From positions 89,209-153,208 of the forward strand of contig JBLWWH010000004.1 of NCBI GenBank assembly GCA_048268105.1: a DNA stretch of 64,000 bases, given 5' to 3'. The number at the start of each line of letters is the position of its first letter. Within the stretch, counting starts at the first letter, position 1. Source of the stretch: Weeksellaceae bacterium (lineage in GTDB: Bacteria; Bacteroidota; Bacteroidia; Flavobacteriales; Weeksellaceae). The notes beneath the pieces were generated by a model. That model made no database searches. It had not been told where the DNA came from and was given only the letters and a program-made list of their open reading frames with translations. The position numbers were made by a program, and so were the translations under genes. Of the stretch, positions 1-9,591 are shown in pieces.

Positions 1-2238
1 GGTGGTGTTTCTGTGGCAATTGGTGAGATTGCAGAAGGTGTAAAGGTTAATTTAGATGCTCTTCCGGTTAAATATGATGGTCTAAACGGAACTGAATTGG
101 CAATTTCAGAATCTCAAGAGCGTATGGCTGTCGTAATTGCCCCTGAAAATGTAGCTGAATTTATTCGCTTGGCTAACGAAGAGAATATTTTAGCGGTTGA
201 AGTAGGTGAAGTTACCGATAAAAATAGATTAGAGATTAGCTATAAAGGAAGAAAAATAGTTGATTTAGATCGTGATTTCTTGGATACAGCAGGTTGTTCT
301 AAGAAAAATGACGCTACTGTAGATTTAAAACCATTACCGAAAAAAGAAAATAAAGAATTCAATCAAGAAAACTTTATCTCTACCTTAAAAGAGTTAAACG
401 TAGCTTCTCAAAAAGGATTAATTGAAAAATTTGATAGTACAGTAGGTCAAACTACCGTTTTACTACCATTAGGAGGTAAAAATCAATTTACACCAGCTTT
501 ATCAAGTGTGCATACCTTGCCTGTTTTAGGTAGAAATTCGCAAACCGTATCAATGGCATCTTGGGGTTATAGTCCTGAATTATCATCTGAAAATACATTG
601 ATTGGTGGCGCCTATGCGGTTGTGGAAAGTGTTTCTCGAATTGTAGGTAGTGGAGGAAAAAGAGAGGATATTCGATTAAGTTTCCAAGAGTATTATGAAA
701 GTTTAGGCGACGATCCTAAAAAATGGGGTAAGCCACTTTCTTCTTTAATGGGGGCTTTAGATGCTCAATTAGAATTAGAAATTGCAGCGATTGGTGGTAA
801 GGATTCTATGTCTGGAACTTTTGAGGAATTAACAGTTCCGCCAACTTTAATTTCATTTGCTGCGGCACCAGGTCATATTTCAAACGTGATTTCACCTGAA
901 TTCAAGCGTTCGGGGCATTTTGTTTATTTGTTTGAACATAAGCCACAAGAGAATGGAATGCCAAATTATGAGCAATTAAGAGATACCTATGAGGAAATTC
1001 ATCAATTAATTAAAGATGAAACAATTGTTTCAGCACAAATTATTAAAAACGGTGGTTTGGTGACTGCTTTAGCGCAAATGAGCTTTGGTAATAATGTTGG
1101 GGCAGATATCGAGACCAACTTACCCATGTTTAAACCAATGCTTGGTAGTTTGCTGCTAGAAACAACAGAGGAATTAGATCAATTCACAAAACTTGGTACA
1201 ATTAGTTTTGATGATCAATTGACTATCAATGGGCAGACTTTTGTAATCAATGACTTGTTAAAAGCTTGGTTAAGTACCTTCGAAGAATTGTTCCCAACAG
1301 GAATTAAAGAGGCATTAGCTGAATTTACAGAAGAAATGGAGGATGCAACACGCAATGGAGCTACGATTGCTGGTGCTGAAATTACCGAAGAAGATAGACT
1401 TAAAGACGACCAACATGATAGACATGCAGTTGTTGATGGTAAACCAAAAGTTGTTTTACCTATTTTCTTTGGAACCAACTGTGAGTATGAAACTCAAAAA
1501 GTATTTGAAGAAGCTGGTGCGGAGGTGAATTCATTTATCTTTAATAATTTAAATCAAGAGTATTTAGAGAAATCTGTTGAAAAGTTCACTTCTCTATTAA
1601 ATCATGCTCAAATCATGGTTTTATCTGGTGGTTTCTCAGCAGGGGATGAGCCAGACGGATCAGCTAAGTTTATTGTTTCTGTGCTTAAAAATCCAAGAAT
1701 CAAAGATGCTGTTCATGGTCTTATTGCGCGTGGAGGATTGATTTTAGGAATTTGTAATGGCTTCCAGGCCTTGATTAAATCAGGTTTAGTACCTTATGGT
1801 GAAATCAGAACTTTAGACGAAAATTCACCAACATTAGCACACAATAAAATAGGAAGACACATTTCTCAAATGGTTGATGTGAAGGTGGTTAACGATCATT
1901 CTCCTTGGTTGAGAGGAATGAAAGATAAGATCTATAGAATTCCAATTTCACATGGTGAAGGAAGATTCTCTGTTAAAGATGATGTTCTACAAGTTTTAAT
2001 TGCGAATGGACAAGTGGCAACACAATATGTAGATGCCATAGGTGAACCATCTATCGATATGCCATTCAACCCTAATGGATCTTATATGGGAGTAGAAGGT
2101 ATTACCGATAAAACAGGTAGAATCTTTGGTAGAATGGGGCATCCAGAGCGGTATAGAAAAGGATTGTTATGTAATATTCCAGATGCTGCGTTTATGGATA
2201 TCTTTAAAAACGGTGTTGAATATTTCAAGAAAGATTAA
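1..2238 (+). CDS. purL: Phosphoribosylformylglycinamidine (FGAM) synthase, single-chain large form, 5'-truncated by window edge (C-terminal AIR-synthase-like repeat plus glutamine amidotransferase domain)
   Basis: The frame is open from nt 1 (GGVSVAIGEI...). The C-terminal class-I GATase motif LGICNGFQAL and HGEGRF are characteristic of FGAM synthase. The stop is at 2238. Confidence 0.88.
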   Translation, partial: GGVSVAIGEIAEGVKVNLDALPVKYDGLNGTELAISESQERMAVVIAPENVAEFIRLANEENILAVEVGEVTDKNRLEISYKGRKIVDLDRDFLDTAGCSKKNDATVDLKPLPKKENKEFNQENFISTLKELNVASQKGLIEKFDSTVGQTTVLLPLGGKNQFTPALSSVHTLPVLGRNSQTVSMASWGYSPELSSENTLIGGAYAVVESVSRIVGSGGKREDIRLSFQEYYESLGDDPKKWGKPLSSLMGALDAQLELEIAAIGGKDSMSGTFEELTVPPTLISFAAAPGHISNVISPEFKRSGHFVYLFEHKPQENGMPNYEQLRDTYEEIHQLIKDETIVSAQIIKNGGLVTALAQMSFGNNVGADIETNLPMFKPMLGSLLLETTEELDQFTKLGTISFDDQLTINGQTFVINDLLKAWLSTFEELFPTGIKEALAEFTEEMEDATRNGATIAGAEITEEDRLKDDQHDRHAVVDGKPKVVLPIFFGTNCEYETQKVFEEAGAEVNSFIFNNLNQEYLEKSVEKFTSLLNHAQIMVLSGGFSAGDEPDGSAKFIVSVLKNPRIKDAVHGLIARGGLILGICNGFQALIKSGLVPYGEIRTLDENSPTLAHNKIGRHISQMVDVKVVNDHSPWLRGMKDKIYRIPISHGEGRFSVKDDVLQVLIANGQVATQYVDAIGEPSIDMPFNPNGSYMGVEGITDKTGRIFGRMGHPERYRKGLLCNIPDAAFMDIFKNGVEYFKKD

Positions 2239-2410
2239 TCCATATTTCGATAAAGATTTTAAACCAAGCTACTTAAGTCATTTGCCTTAAGTAGCTTGAT
2301 TCGTTTTATTCAAAATTTTCTGGTTTTTACGGATACAAAAGAATATTTTTAATGATGATTCAATAAATAAAAGGCTATTTTTGAATTGAATTTTATAGTA
2401 AATTAATTCA

Positions 2411-4216
2411 ATGAAAGAAATTCTTAGTTTTTTTGTATTTATTCTCTTGAGTTTAACTGTCCTAGCTCAAGAAGAAATTCAGCTCGATAGTCTCATCACG
2501 AAAGCTAGAACCTATCCACTCACCATGAACAAAGTGGATGAAAATTACATTTTGATTACAAAACACGACATTCAAAACACTCCTTCTCAAAGCGTGGAAG
2601 AATTGATTGCTTATCAAACGGGAATCGATCTTCGTCGACGTGGTATTGATGGAATGCAGGGGGATATTTCCATTCGAGGTGGAAGTTTTGAGCAAGTTCT
2701 TCTTATTATCAATGGTGTTCGTTTATCAGACACCCAAACAGGCCACAATCTTTGGAATCTACCTTTCGATTTATCGAGTATAGAGAGAATTGAAATTATT
2801 AAAGGACCTGCCGCACGTAAATTTGGTTCCAACGCATTTGCTGGAGTCATTCATATCATCACAAAAGTTGATGACGAAAATAGCATTGCTTTACGCGGAG
2901 TGGGAGGTAGCTATGGAACCTATGATCTAGGCTTTTCGGCTAATGCAGGTACATCAAAGTTCAAAAATAGCATCAGTGCAAATTATGGAGCATCCGATGG
3001 GTATAGGTATAACACCGATTATAAAAAAACCAGCGCTTATTATCAAAGCTCTTTGGATATCCAACAAGGTCAAATTAATTTACAAGCTGGTTTTGTTGAG
3101 AAAAAATTCGGAGCTAATGGATTTTATGCTTCTCCAAGTTTTAAAGATCAATACGAAGAAACACAAAATTCAATTGTTAGTTTAGGCCTTGATAAAAGAG
3201 TCAATAATTGGGGCTTTAAAGCTTCTACTTACTGGAAACGTGCACAAGACATGTACTTATTAAAAAAAAACGACCCTAGTTTCTATAGAAATATGCATAT
3301 CGGAAATAATGTTGGAGTAGAAGCCTCAGCTAGTTTTATTAATGCATTGGGGGTAACCGGTATTGGTGCTGAATTTAGGAAAGAAATGCTACGTAGCAAT
3401 AGCTTAGGAAGTCATGACAGAGAAATCAGCTCTATGTTTTTAGAACACAATTTTTCTTTATTCGATAATAAATTAAACATTACACCTGGATTCAACTGGA
3501 CAAACTATTCCAACCGTGGTGATTTTTTCTATCCAGGTTTAGAAGTTGGGTATGAAATCAATAAATTCAACAAACTATACGCGCACGCAGCCAAAGTACA
3601 CAGAATTCCTTCTTACACCGAATTGTTTTACGATAGCCCAGTGGAGGTAGGAAATGAAGATTTAAATCCAGAAACCGCAAATTCATTTGAGTTAGGATAT
3701 CGCTATGTGCAACCCACATTTGTGGGAAAACTGAGCTTATTCTACAAACAAACTGGTGATGCCATCGATTGGGTAAAGCAAAGCGAATCCGATGCTTGGC
3801 AAGCTTATAACGTTGCAGATATAGATGTAAAAGGAGTGGAGTTGACCATGCGCAAGAGCTTCACAGGATTTATAAGCTCCCTTGAGTTGGGATATACATA
3901 TTTGGATAAAACCTTTGCCAATGAAGATTTCGAAATGTCTAAAAATGTTTTAGATAATCTTAGAAATCATGTGGTTTTAAAAATGGAAAACCAATTATAC
4001 AAAGACTTAAGAAGCGGAATCACCTTTCGATACCTAGATCGTATCGCTTTAGATAATTACAGTCTTTTGGACGCAAAATTAGATTACAGAAAATCAAATT
4101 GGAATCTGTTCACATCCTTCAATAATATACTAGGAACAGATTACACAGAATCTAGTTTGGTACCGATGCCTGGTTTTTGGTTTAGTTTAGGTGCAAATTA
4201 TAAATTCAAATTATAA
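2411..4216 (+). CDS. TonB-dependent outer-membrane receptor (plug plus 22-strand barrel)
   Basis: It has an N-terminal signal peptide. The plug-domain pattern is present (DISIRGGSFEQVLLIINGVRLSD...IERIEIIKGPAARKFGSNAFAGVIHIITK). The barrel is long and Gly/aromatic-rich and ends in an aromatic-containing terminus (YKFKL). Confidence 0.8.
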   Translation: MKEILSFFVFILLSLTVLAQEEIQLDSLITKARTYPLTMNKVDENYILITKHDIQNTPSQSVEELIAYQTGIDLRRRGIDGMQGDISIRGGSFEQVLLIINGVRLSDTQTGHNLWNLPFDLSSIERIEIIKGPAARKFGSNAFAGVIHIITKVDDENSIALRGVGGSYGTYDLGFSANAGTSKFKNSISANYGASDGYRYNTDYKKTSAYYQSSLDIQQGQINLQAGFVEKKFGANGFYASPSFKDQYEETQNSIVSLGLDKRVNNWGFKASTYWKRAQDMYLLKKNDPSFYRNMHIGNNVGVEASASFINALGVTGIGAEFRKEMLRSNSLGSHDREISSMFLEHNFSLFDNKLNITPGFNWTNYSNRGDFFYPGLEVGYEINKFNKLYAHAAKVHRIPSYTELFYDSPVEVGNEDLNPETANSFELGYRYVQPTFVGKLSLFYKQTGDAIDWVKQSESDAWQAYNVADIDVKGVELTMRKSFTGFISSLELGYTYLDKTFANEDFEMSKNVLDNLRNHVVLKMENQLYKDLRSGITFRYLDRIALDNYSLLDAKLDYRKSNWNLFTSFNNILGTDYTESSLVPMPGFWFSLGANYKFKL

Positions 4217-4273
4217 ATTCGATTAGAAAAAAGTATCTTTGTCTACACAATTCATATCCACAAAAATTCCACC

Positions 4274-4993
4274 ATGGAAAAAAAAGAAATGCTATACGAA
4301 GGTAAAGCAAAGCAGATATATGCTACCGACAATCCCAACGAAGTAATTGTTTACTTCAAAGATGATGCAACTGCATTCAATGCGCAAAAGCGTGGTAGTT
4401 TCGACCACAAAGGGACAATGAACAACGCTATTACGGTACTCATTTTCGAATACCTGAGAGACAATGGAATCCCAACTCATTTCATCAAAAGTCTAAACGA
4501 CCGCGAGCAATTAGTTAAAAAAGTAGATATTGTTCCCTTGGAATTCGTAACGCGCAACTACATCGCCGGAAGTATGGCAAAACGTCTAGGTCTAGAAGAG
4601 GGCGGAAAATGCGAAAACACGGTTTACGATATTTGCTACAAAAATGATGACCTTGGAGATCCGCTTATCAACGATGATCATGCAGTATTATTAGGTGCTG
4701 CAACTTATGATGAGTTGCTAGATATGTACGAACTTACCGCTGACATCAACGACTTGTTGATAGAATTATTCGATGAGGCTGGGCTTATACTTGCCGATTC
4801 CAAAATCGAATTAGGTAAAACCATGGATGGCGAACTGGTATTGGCAGATGAAATTTCTCCAGACACTTGTCGCTTGTGGGATAAGGAAACTGGTAAAAAA
4901 TTAGACAAAGACCGTTTCAGAAGAGACTTGGGCGAGGTGTCTGAAGCTTATTTAGAAGTTCATGAGCGCTTATTAAAAATCTTAAAGAAATAA
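4274..4993 (+). CDS. purC: Phosphoribosylaminoimidazole-succinocarboxamide (SAICAR) synthase
   Basis: The N-terminus [15 protein letters not shown] and its length (239 aa) are typical of PurC. Confidence 0.92.
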   Translation: MEKKEMLYEGKAKQIYATDNPNEVIVYFKDDATAFNAQKRGSFDHKGTMNNAITVLIFEYLRDNGIPTHFIKSLNDREQLVKKVDIVPLEFVTRNYIAGSMAKRLGLEEGGKCENTVYDICYKNDDLGDPLINDDHAVLLGAATYDELLDMYELTADINDLLIELFDEAGLILADSKIELGKTMDGELVLADEISPDTCRLWDKETGKKLDKDRFRRDLGEVSEAYLEVHERLLKILKK

Positions 4994-5000
4994 ACTATAC

Positions 5001-5032
5001 AAGCCGATCTATTCACTAGGTCGGCTTTTTTA
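5001..5032 (+). terminator. Rho-independent terminator after purC (stem AAGCCGA / TCGGCTT followed by T-run)
   Basis: The inverted repeat aagccgatctattcactaggtcggctttttt lies immediately downstream of the purC stop. Confidence 0.6.
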
Positions 5033-5431
5033 TTGGGTTATATTAGCTAGGGCGAATTTTTATCTTGTCATTAAATTAACAAGATAAAAACCGGGCTTTT
5101 TGTTCCAATCTTGTCATGATTTGCCGACAAAAAATCGCACAAAAAGAGCTTCTAAGGTCGCTTTTTTATGCTGTTTTTTGTTAGCGCCAAATCATCACAA
5201 GGATTTCCACGTCAATCCCTTTCGCAACTCCGCGCCCAACATACTGTTTAAAATAAAACCTAGAAATGCCTGCCCAAACCCAATCCCATAGGTGATTGTG
5301 CAACTCATTGAGAATAAATCCTATCTCTCATGTAGACTAAATTAGACTTGTTGCAAGTCGACTCTTTTCTGCTGCTATACCTTCGACATTCCTCGTAAAT
5401 TCCGTATATTTAGCAACATTAATTATATTCT

Positions 5432-8239
5432 ATGAGTTCTACCCAAAACGATAAACGCTTATTCCTATTAGATGCTTATGCATTGATTTTTAGAGGTTAT
5501 TATGCATTTATTAAAAATCCACGAATCAATTCCAAAGGACTCAATACATCTGCTATTATGGGTTTTATGAATGCGCTACTGGATGTGGTAAAGCGTGAAC
5601 AGCCCTCCCACTTGGCTGTTGTTTTCGATGTGGGTAAAAAAGACACAATTCGCCATGAATATTTCCCAGAATATAAAGCCAATAGAGATGAAACGCCAGA
5701 AGGTATTAAAGTCGCAGTTCCTTTTATCATAGAGATTCTAGAGGCCATGCATATTCCGGTGATGTATGCAGAAGGCTATGAGGCAGACGATGTAATCGGC
5801 ACTTTGGCCAAACAAGCCGAAAAAGAAGGCTTCACCACCTATATGATGACGCCCGACAAAGACTTTGCACAGTTGGTTTCGAATAATATTAAAATGTATA
5901 AACCATCTTCGCGCGGAAATGGGGTTGAAATATGGGGTGTTGATGAAGTAAAAGAAAAATTCGGAGTAGATGATCCAATCAAAATCATAGATTATCTCGG
6001 AATGATGGGAGATAGCGCCGATAATATTCCAGGGATTCCCGGTATTGGACCTAAAACCGCTCAAAAGCTTTTGACGGCCTATGGTAGTATGGAAGGTTTG
6101 TATGAGAATTTAGATAAGCTAAAAGGAAAGCAAAAAGAAAATGTTACCAATTTCAAAGAACAAGCATTCCTTTCCAAAAAGTTGGCTACGATCCTTACAG
6201 ACGCACCCGTTGAATTCTGTGAAAAACAATACAATGTAGATACACCTGATTTTGATAAAGTAAAAGAAATATTCACCGAGCTCGAGTTCAGAAGAATGCT
6301 AGAGAATCTTTATAGAACTTATGGTGTAGAGGATAAAATCGACGAAAACAAGCCCGAAATTTCTACCGGCGATCAAATGTCTATGTTTGTTTCAAACGAC
6401 AATGACGAAGTGGTGGTGAGCGATTCAGGATTTAGAACCATAGAAACCCAAGATCATTTCTATCAATTGGTAGACTCACCAATGGGTAGGAGTTTGTTGC
6501 TCAAAAAACTTTTAAAACAAAAAGAAGTTTGTATCGACTGCGAAACGACAGGCTTAAATGCATTAGAAGCAGAATTGGTTGGTTTAGCCTTTTCCTACGA
6601 AGCCGGGAAAGGTTTTTATGTCTCTTTTCCAGAAGACTTTGATGAGGCAAAGGCAATTGTAGAAGAATTTAGAGAAGTTTTAGAGCATTCTGAAATCTTA
6701 AAAATTGGTCAGAACCTCAAGTATGATATGAAAGTTTTATATAAATATGGTATAGAAATCAAGGCACCTATTTATGATACCATGGTAGCGCATTATATTA
6801 TTAATTCAGATATGCGACATGGAATGGATGTATTGTCTGAGACCTATTTGAAGTATAAACCAGTTGATATTGAAACTTTAATTGGCAAAAAGGGGAAAAA
6901 TCAAAAAAACTTCAGACAGATAGATATTGATGTTCAAACAAAGTATGCTGTAGAGGACACCGATATTACTTTGCAACTAAAGCATGTTTTTGATCCAATG
7001 ATTAAAGAAGTTGAAGCTACTAAATTGGTAGAAGAAATAGAATTTCCATTGGTGGGAGTTTTAGCCAACATGGAGCGGAACGGAATTAAAATAGATGTTG
7101 ATGCTCTAAATCAAATGTCTGCGAAATTGGCTGATGAACTAGGTGCATTAGAAGAAAATATCTTCAAAGCAGCAGGGTCTGAGTTTAATGTGAATTCTCC
7201 AAAACAATTAGGAGAAGTATTGTTTGATACGCTTCAAATCGTTGAAAAACCTAAAAAGACAAGAACAGGACAATACAAAACATCAGAAGATGTTTTGGTT
7301 GAACTTAAGGACAAGCACGAAATTGTAAACCATGTTTTAGAATATCGTCAAATCCAAAAATTAAAATCTACCTATGTAGATGCTTTACCCAATGAGGTGA
7401 GTCCAAAAACCGGTAGAATTCATACAACATTTGCCCAAACGATTGCCTCTACTGGTCGATTAGCTTCTAATAATCCTAACCTACAGAATATTCCCATCAG
7501 AACAGAAAGAGGAAGGGAAGTTAGAAAAGCATTTGTTGCCAAAGATGATAATCATGTGCTATTAGCAGCTGATTATTCTCAAATTGAATTACGTTTAATC
7601 GCAGGAATGAGTGGGGACGAAGCTATGACAACTTCTTTCTTAAATGGAGAAGATATTCATGCGGCTACTGCAGCACGTGTTTTTAACATTCCTATCGAGG
7701 AAGTAACTAGAACACAAAGAAACCATGCTAAAACCGTCAATTTTGGTATTATATATGGTGTTTCTGCATTTGGTTTAAGTAATCAAACAGACTTATCTAG
7801 AAGTGAATCAAAAGATTTAATTGATATTTATTTTGAAACTTATCCAAGATTGAAAGAATATATGGACGAGCAGGTTGCTTTTGCTAGAAAGCATGCTTAT
7901 GTTGAAACCTTATTGGGTAGAAGAAGATATTTGCCAAGTATTAATTCAGCCAATTTTGTGGTTAGAAGTCAATCTGAGAGAAATGCTATTAATGCTCCCG
8001 TACAAGGAAGTGCAGCCGATATAATCAAATTGGCCATGGTGAAGCTTCATGAAACATTAAAGGATTATAAAACCAAAATGTTACTTCAGGTACATGATGA
8101 ATTGGTGTTTGAAGTACCAAAAGATGAAGTAGATCACATACAACCCATCATAAAATCAACTATGGAACAGGCTTTAACATTTAAAATTCCTTTGGTTGTT
8201 GAATGTGGAATTGCTAATAATTGGCTTGATGCGCACTAG
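5432..8239 (+). CDS. polA: DNA polymerase I (5'-3' exonuclease, 3'-5' exonuclease-like and polymerase domains)
   Basis: At 935 aa it has an N-terminal FEN-like domain (LLDAYALIFRGYYAF). It carries the polymerase motifs RRxxKTVNFGIIYG and the HDE motif LLQVHDELVFE. Confidence 0.95.
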   Translation: MSSTQNDKRLFLLDAYALIFRGYYAFIKNPRINSKGLNTSAIMGFMNALLDVVKREQPSHLAVVFDVGKKDTIRHEYFPEYKANRDETPEGIKVAVPFIIEILEAMHIPVMYAEGYEADDVIGTLAKQAEKEGFTTYMMTPDKDFAQLVSNNIKMYKPSSRGNGVEIWGVDEVKEKFGVDDPIKIIDYLGMMGDSADNIPGIPGIGPKTAQKLLTAYGSMEGLYENLDKLKGKQKENVTNFKEQAFLSKKLATILTDAPVEFCEKQYNVDTPDFDKVKEIFTELEFRRMLENLYRTYGVEDKIDENKPEISTGDQMSMFVSNDNDEVVVSDSGFRTIETQDHFYQLVDSPMGRSLLLKKLLKQKEVCIDCETTGLNALEAELVGLAFSYEAGKGFYVSFPEDFDEAKAIVEEFREVLEHSEILKIGQNLKYDMKVLYKYGIEIKAPIYDTMVAHYIINSDMRHGMDVLSETYLKYKPVDIETLIGKKGKNQKNFRQIDIDVQTKYAVEDTDITLQLKHVFDPMIKEVEATKLVEEIEFPLVGVLANMERNGIKIDVDALNQMSAKLADELGALEENIFKAAGSEFNVNSPKQLGEVLFDTLQIVEKPKKTRTGQYKTSEDVLVELKDKHEIVNHVLEYRQIQKLKSTYVDALPNEVSPKTGRIHTTFAQTIASTGRLASNNPNLQNIPIRTERGREVRKAFVAKDDNHVLLAADYSQIELRLIAGMSGDEAMTTSFLNGEDIHAATAARVFNIPIEEVTRTQRNHAKTVNFGIIYGVSAFGLSNQTDLSRSESKDLIDIYFETYPRLKEYMDEQVAFARKHAYVETLLGRRRYLPSINSANFVVRSQSERNAINAPVQGSAADIIKLAMVKLHETLKDYKTKMLLQVHDELVFEVPKDEVDHIQPIIKSTMEQALTFKIPLVVECGIANNWLDAH

Positions 8240-8418
8240 TGAATTATCGATTTCTCATAAAACATAGGTTATGGCTTGGTAATTAAAAAATTATTAAGCT
8301 GAGAATCGATTGTTATTTAAATTTAATATAAATATTTAATGAACAAAATTTTCTATTGTTTAAAATTATATCTATTTTTACCTAATTAGAACAGAAAATA
8401 TTTTTAAAAATTAATTTT

Positions 8419-9360
8419 ATGAAAAAAGTTTTATTATCTTTATTAGTAGCTGGAACTGGGTTGTTGTCAGCGCAGGTAGTATCTTTCGAGCAATCAGAAG
8501 GATTCTTTCCAGGAGATTTAAATGGTCAGGTTGAAGAATGGACTGTTACTGGTGACGGTGCTGGTGGTTTTGTTTCTGGTCAGAATGTTACGGACGCTAT
8601 GGCGAGTGATGGATCACAGTCATTCCACAATGCTGAGGTTCCTGAGTATGGACCACAAGAGGACGGACCTATTATTGGAGCATTTTACAATGCATCAGAG
8701 GCAATTCCATTTGCTTCAGGTTTCACTGTTTCATATGATTTCTACGGAACTGAATGGGATGCGAACGCTACATCTGACTTTATGTTCGGTATTGCAGATC
8801 TTGAGGCTGGTTTCTATATAACTCGAATCTATTTTAGCTATGACGGTACAGTTGTATTCGTTGGATTAGATGAAATGGGAGTGGGGCAAGCTCACCCAAC
8901 TACAGGTACATGGACAACTAATACTTGGCACAATGTAAGATTAGAATATGATGGCTTATCAATGAACTTATACTTAGATGATGAGTTAATCAGTTCAGGT
9001 GCTCCTTTTGATGGAGGATCAAACGTTGATCACATTAGAATGGTACATGATAACTGGAGTGGAGATGCTTACTATGATAATATCAGATTCAATGATACTG
9101 CAAGTACTAATGACTTAGCATCTGCGAAATCAGTTTCTGCTGTTTATCCTAACCCTGCTAAAGATGTTGTAAACATTAAATTAGCTGAGGATTTCAACGC
9201 AGCTAAAACTTTAGTTACGGTTACAAATGTATCTGGTAAAAAAGTTGCTTCTTTTGATAGCGTTAACAAAGTAAACGTTGCTAACTTACCTGCTGGAGTT
9301 TACATCTTGACTATTACAGATGGAACTAAATCAGAAACTAAGAAGTTAATCAAGAAGTAA
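8419..9360 (+). CDS. Secreted protein with ConA/LamG-like jelly-roll region and T9SS C-terminal sorting domain (cargo of the type IX secretion system)
   Basis: The signal peptide is MKKVLLSLLVAGTGLLSAQ. The C-terminal ~80 aa match the Por/T9SS CTD pattern (VYPNPAKDVVNIKL...LPAGVYILTITDGTKSETKKLIKK). It is a paralogue of the 39026-39817 gene. Confidence 0.6.
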   Translation: MKKVLLSLLVAGTGLLSAQVVSFEQSEGFFPGDLNGQVEEWTVTGDGAGGFVSGQNVTDAMASDGSQSFHNAEVPEYGPQEDGPIIGAFYNASEAIPFASGFTVSYDFYGTEWDANATSDFMFGIADLEAGFYITRIYFSYDGTVVFVGLDEMGVGQAHPTTGTWTTNTWHNVRLEYDGLSMNLYLDDELISSGAPFDGGSNVDHIRMVHDNWSGDAYYDNIRFNDTASTNDLASAKSVSAVYPNPAKDVVNIKLAEDFNAAKTLVTVTNVSGKKVASFDSVNKVNVANLPAGVYILTITDGTKSETKKLIKK

Positions 9361-9384
9361 TTCTAAATTAAATATCATACTAAA

Positions 9385-9418
9385 CGGCTTCCAAACAATT
9401 GGAAGCCGTTATTGTTTG
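9385..9418 (+). terminator. Rho-independent terminator (perfect 10-bp stem CGGCTTCCAA/TTGGAAGCCG, loop ACAA, T-rich tail)
   Basis: It sits directly downstream of the 8419-9360 CDS stop. Confidence 0.6.
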
Positions 9419-9533
9419 TAATCTATTTCTAATATTGATTCCTATATTAAATAAAATTACTCTTGTTTAGGAGTCTTATGTATTTTAAGGGATATTTAAT
9501 CTAATAGTTCAAATTGCACTTAATTTAAAAACA

Positions 9534-9569
9534 TAAAAAAACTCGTTGGCTCAGCCAACGAGTTTTTTA
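9534..9569. terminator. Bidirectional terminator (A6-CTCGTTGGC-TCA-GCCAACGAG-T6) between convergent genes
   Basis: A perfect 9-bp stem is flanked by an A-run and a T-run. It lies between the convergent 8419 gene (+) and metG (-). Confidence 0.65.
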
Positions 9570-9591
9570 ATTATTATTAATTGAATGAGAA

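Noticed and set aside
1215-1528. Short ORFs antisense to or overlapping purL (1215-1478 minus, 1343-1528 plus)
   Set aside because: They lie entirely inside a well-supported long CDS and are low-complexity, with no independent signals. They are typical spurious six-frame ORFs.
2462-3185. Three 77-80 aa ORFs inside or antisense to the TonB-dependent receptor gene
   Set aside because: They are embedded in a confidently called 601-aa CDS and have no start context. They are spurious.
5100-5291. 63-aa ORF in the purC-polA intergenic region
   Set aside because: It has Cys/Pro/Asn-rich odd composition, no RBS or promoter context and no family resemblance. It is more likely non-coding. The region is kept as a possible ncRNA finding instead.
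5500-6276. Minus-strand ORFs (82, 108 and 65 aa) within polA
   Set aside because: They are antisense to the conserved polA coding sequence. They are spurious.
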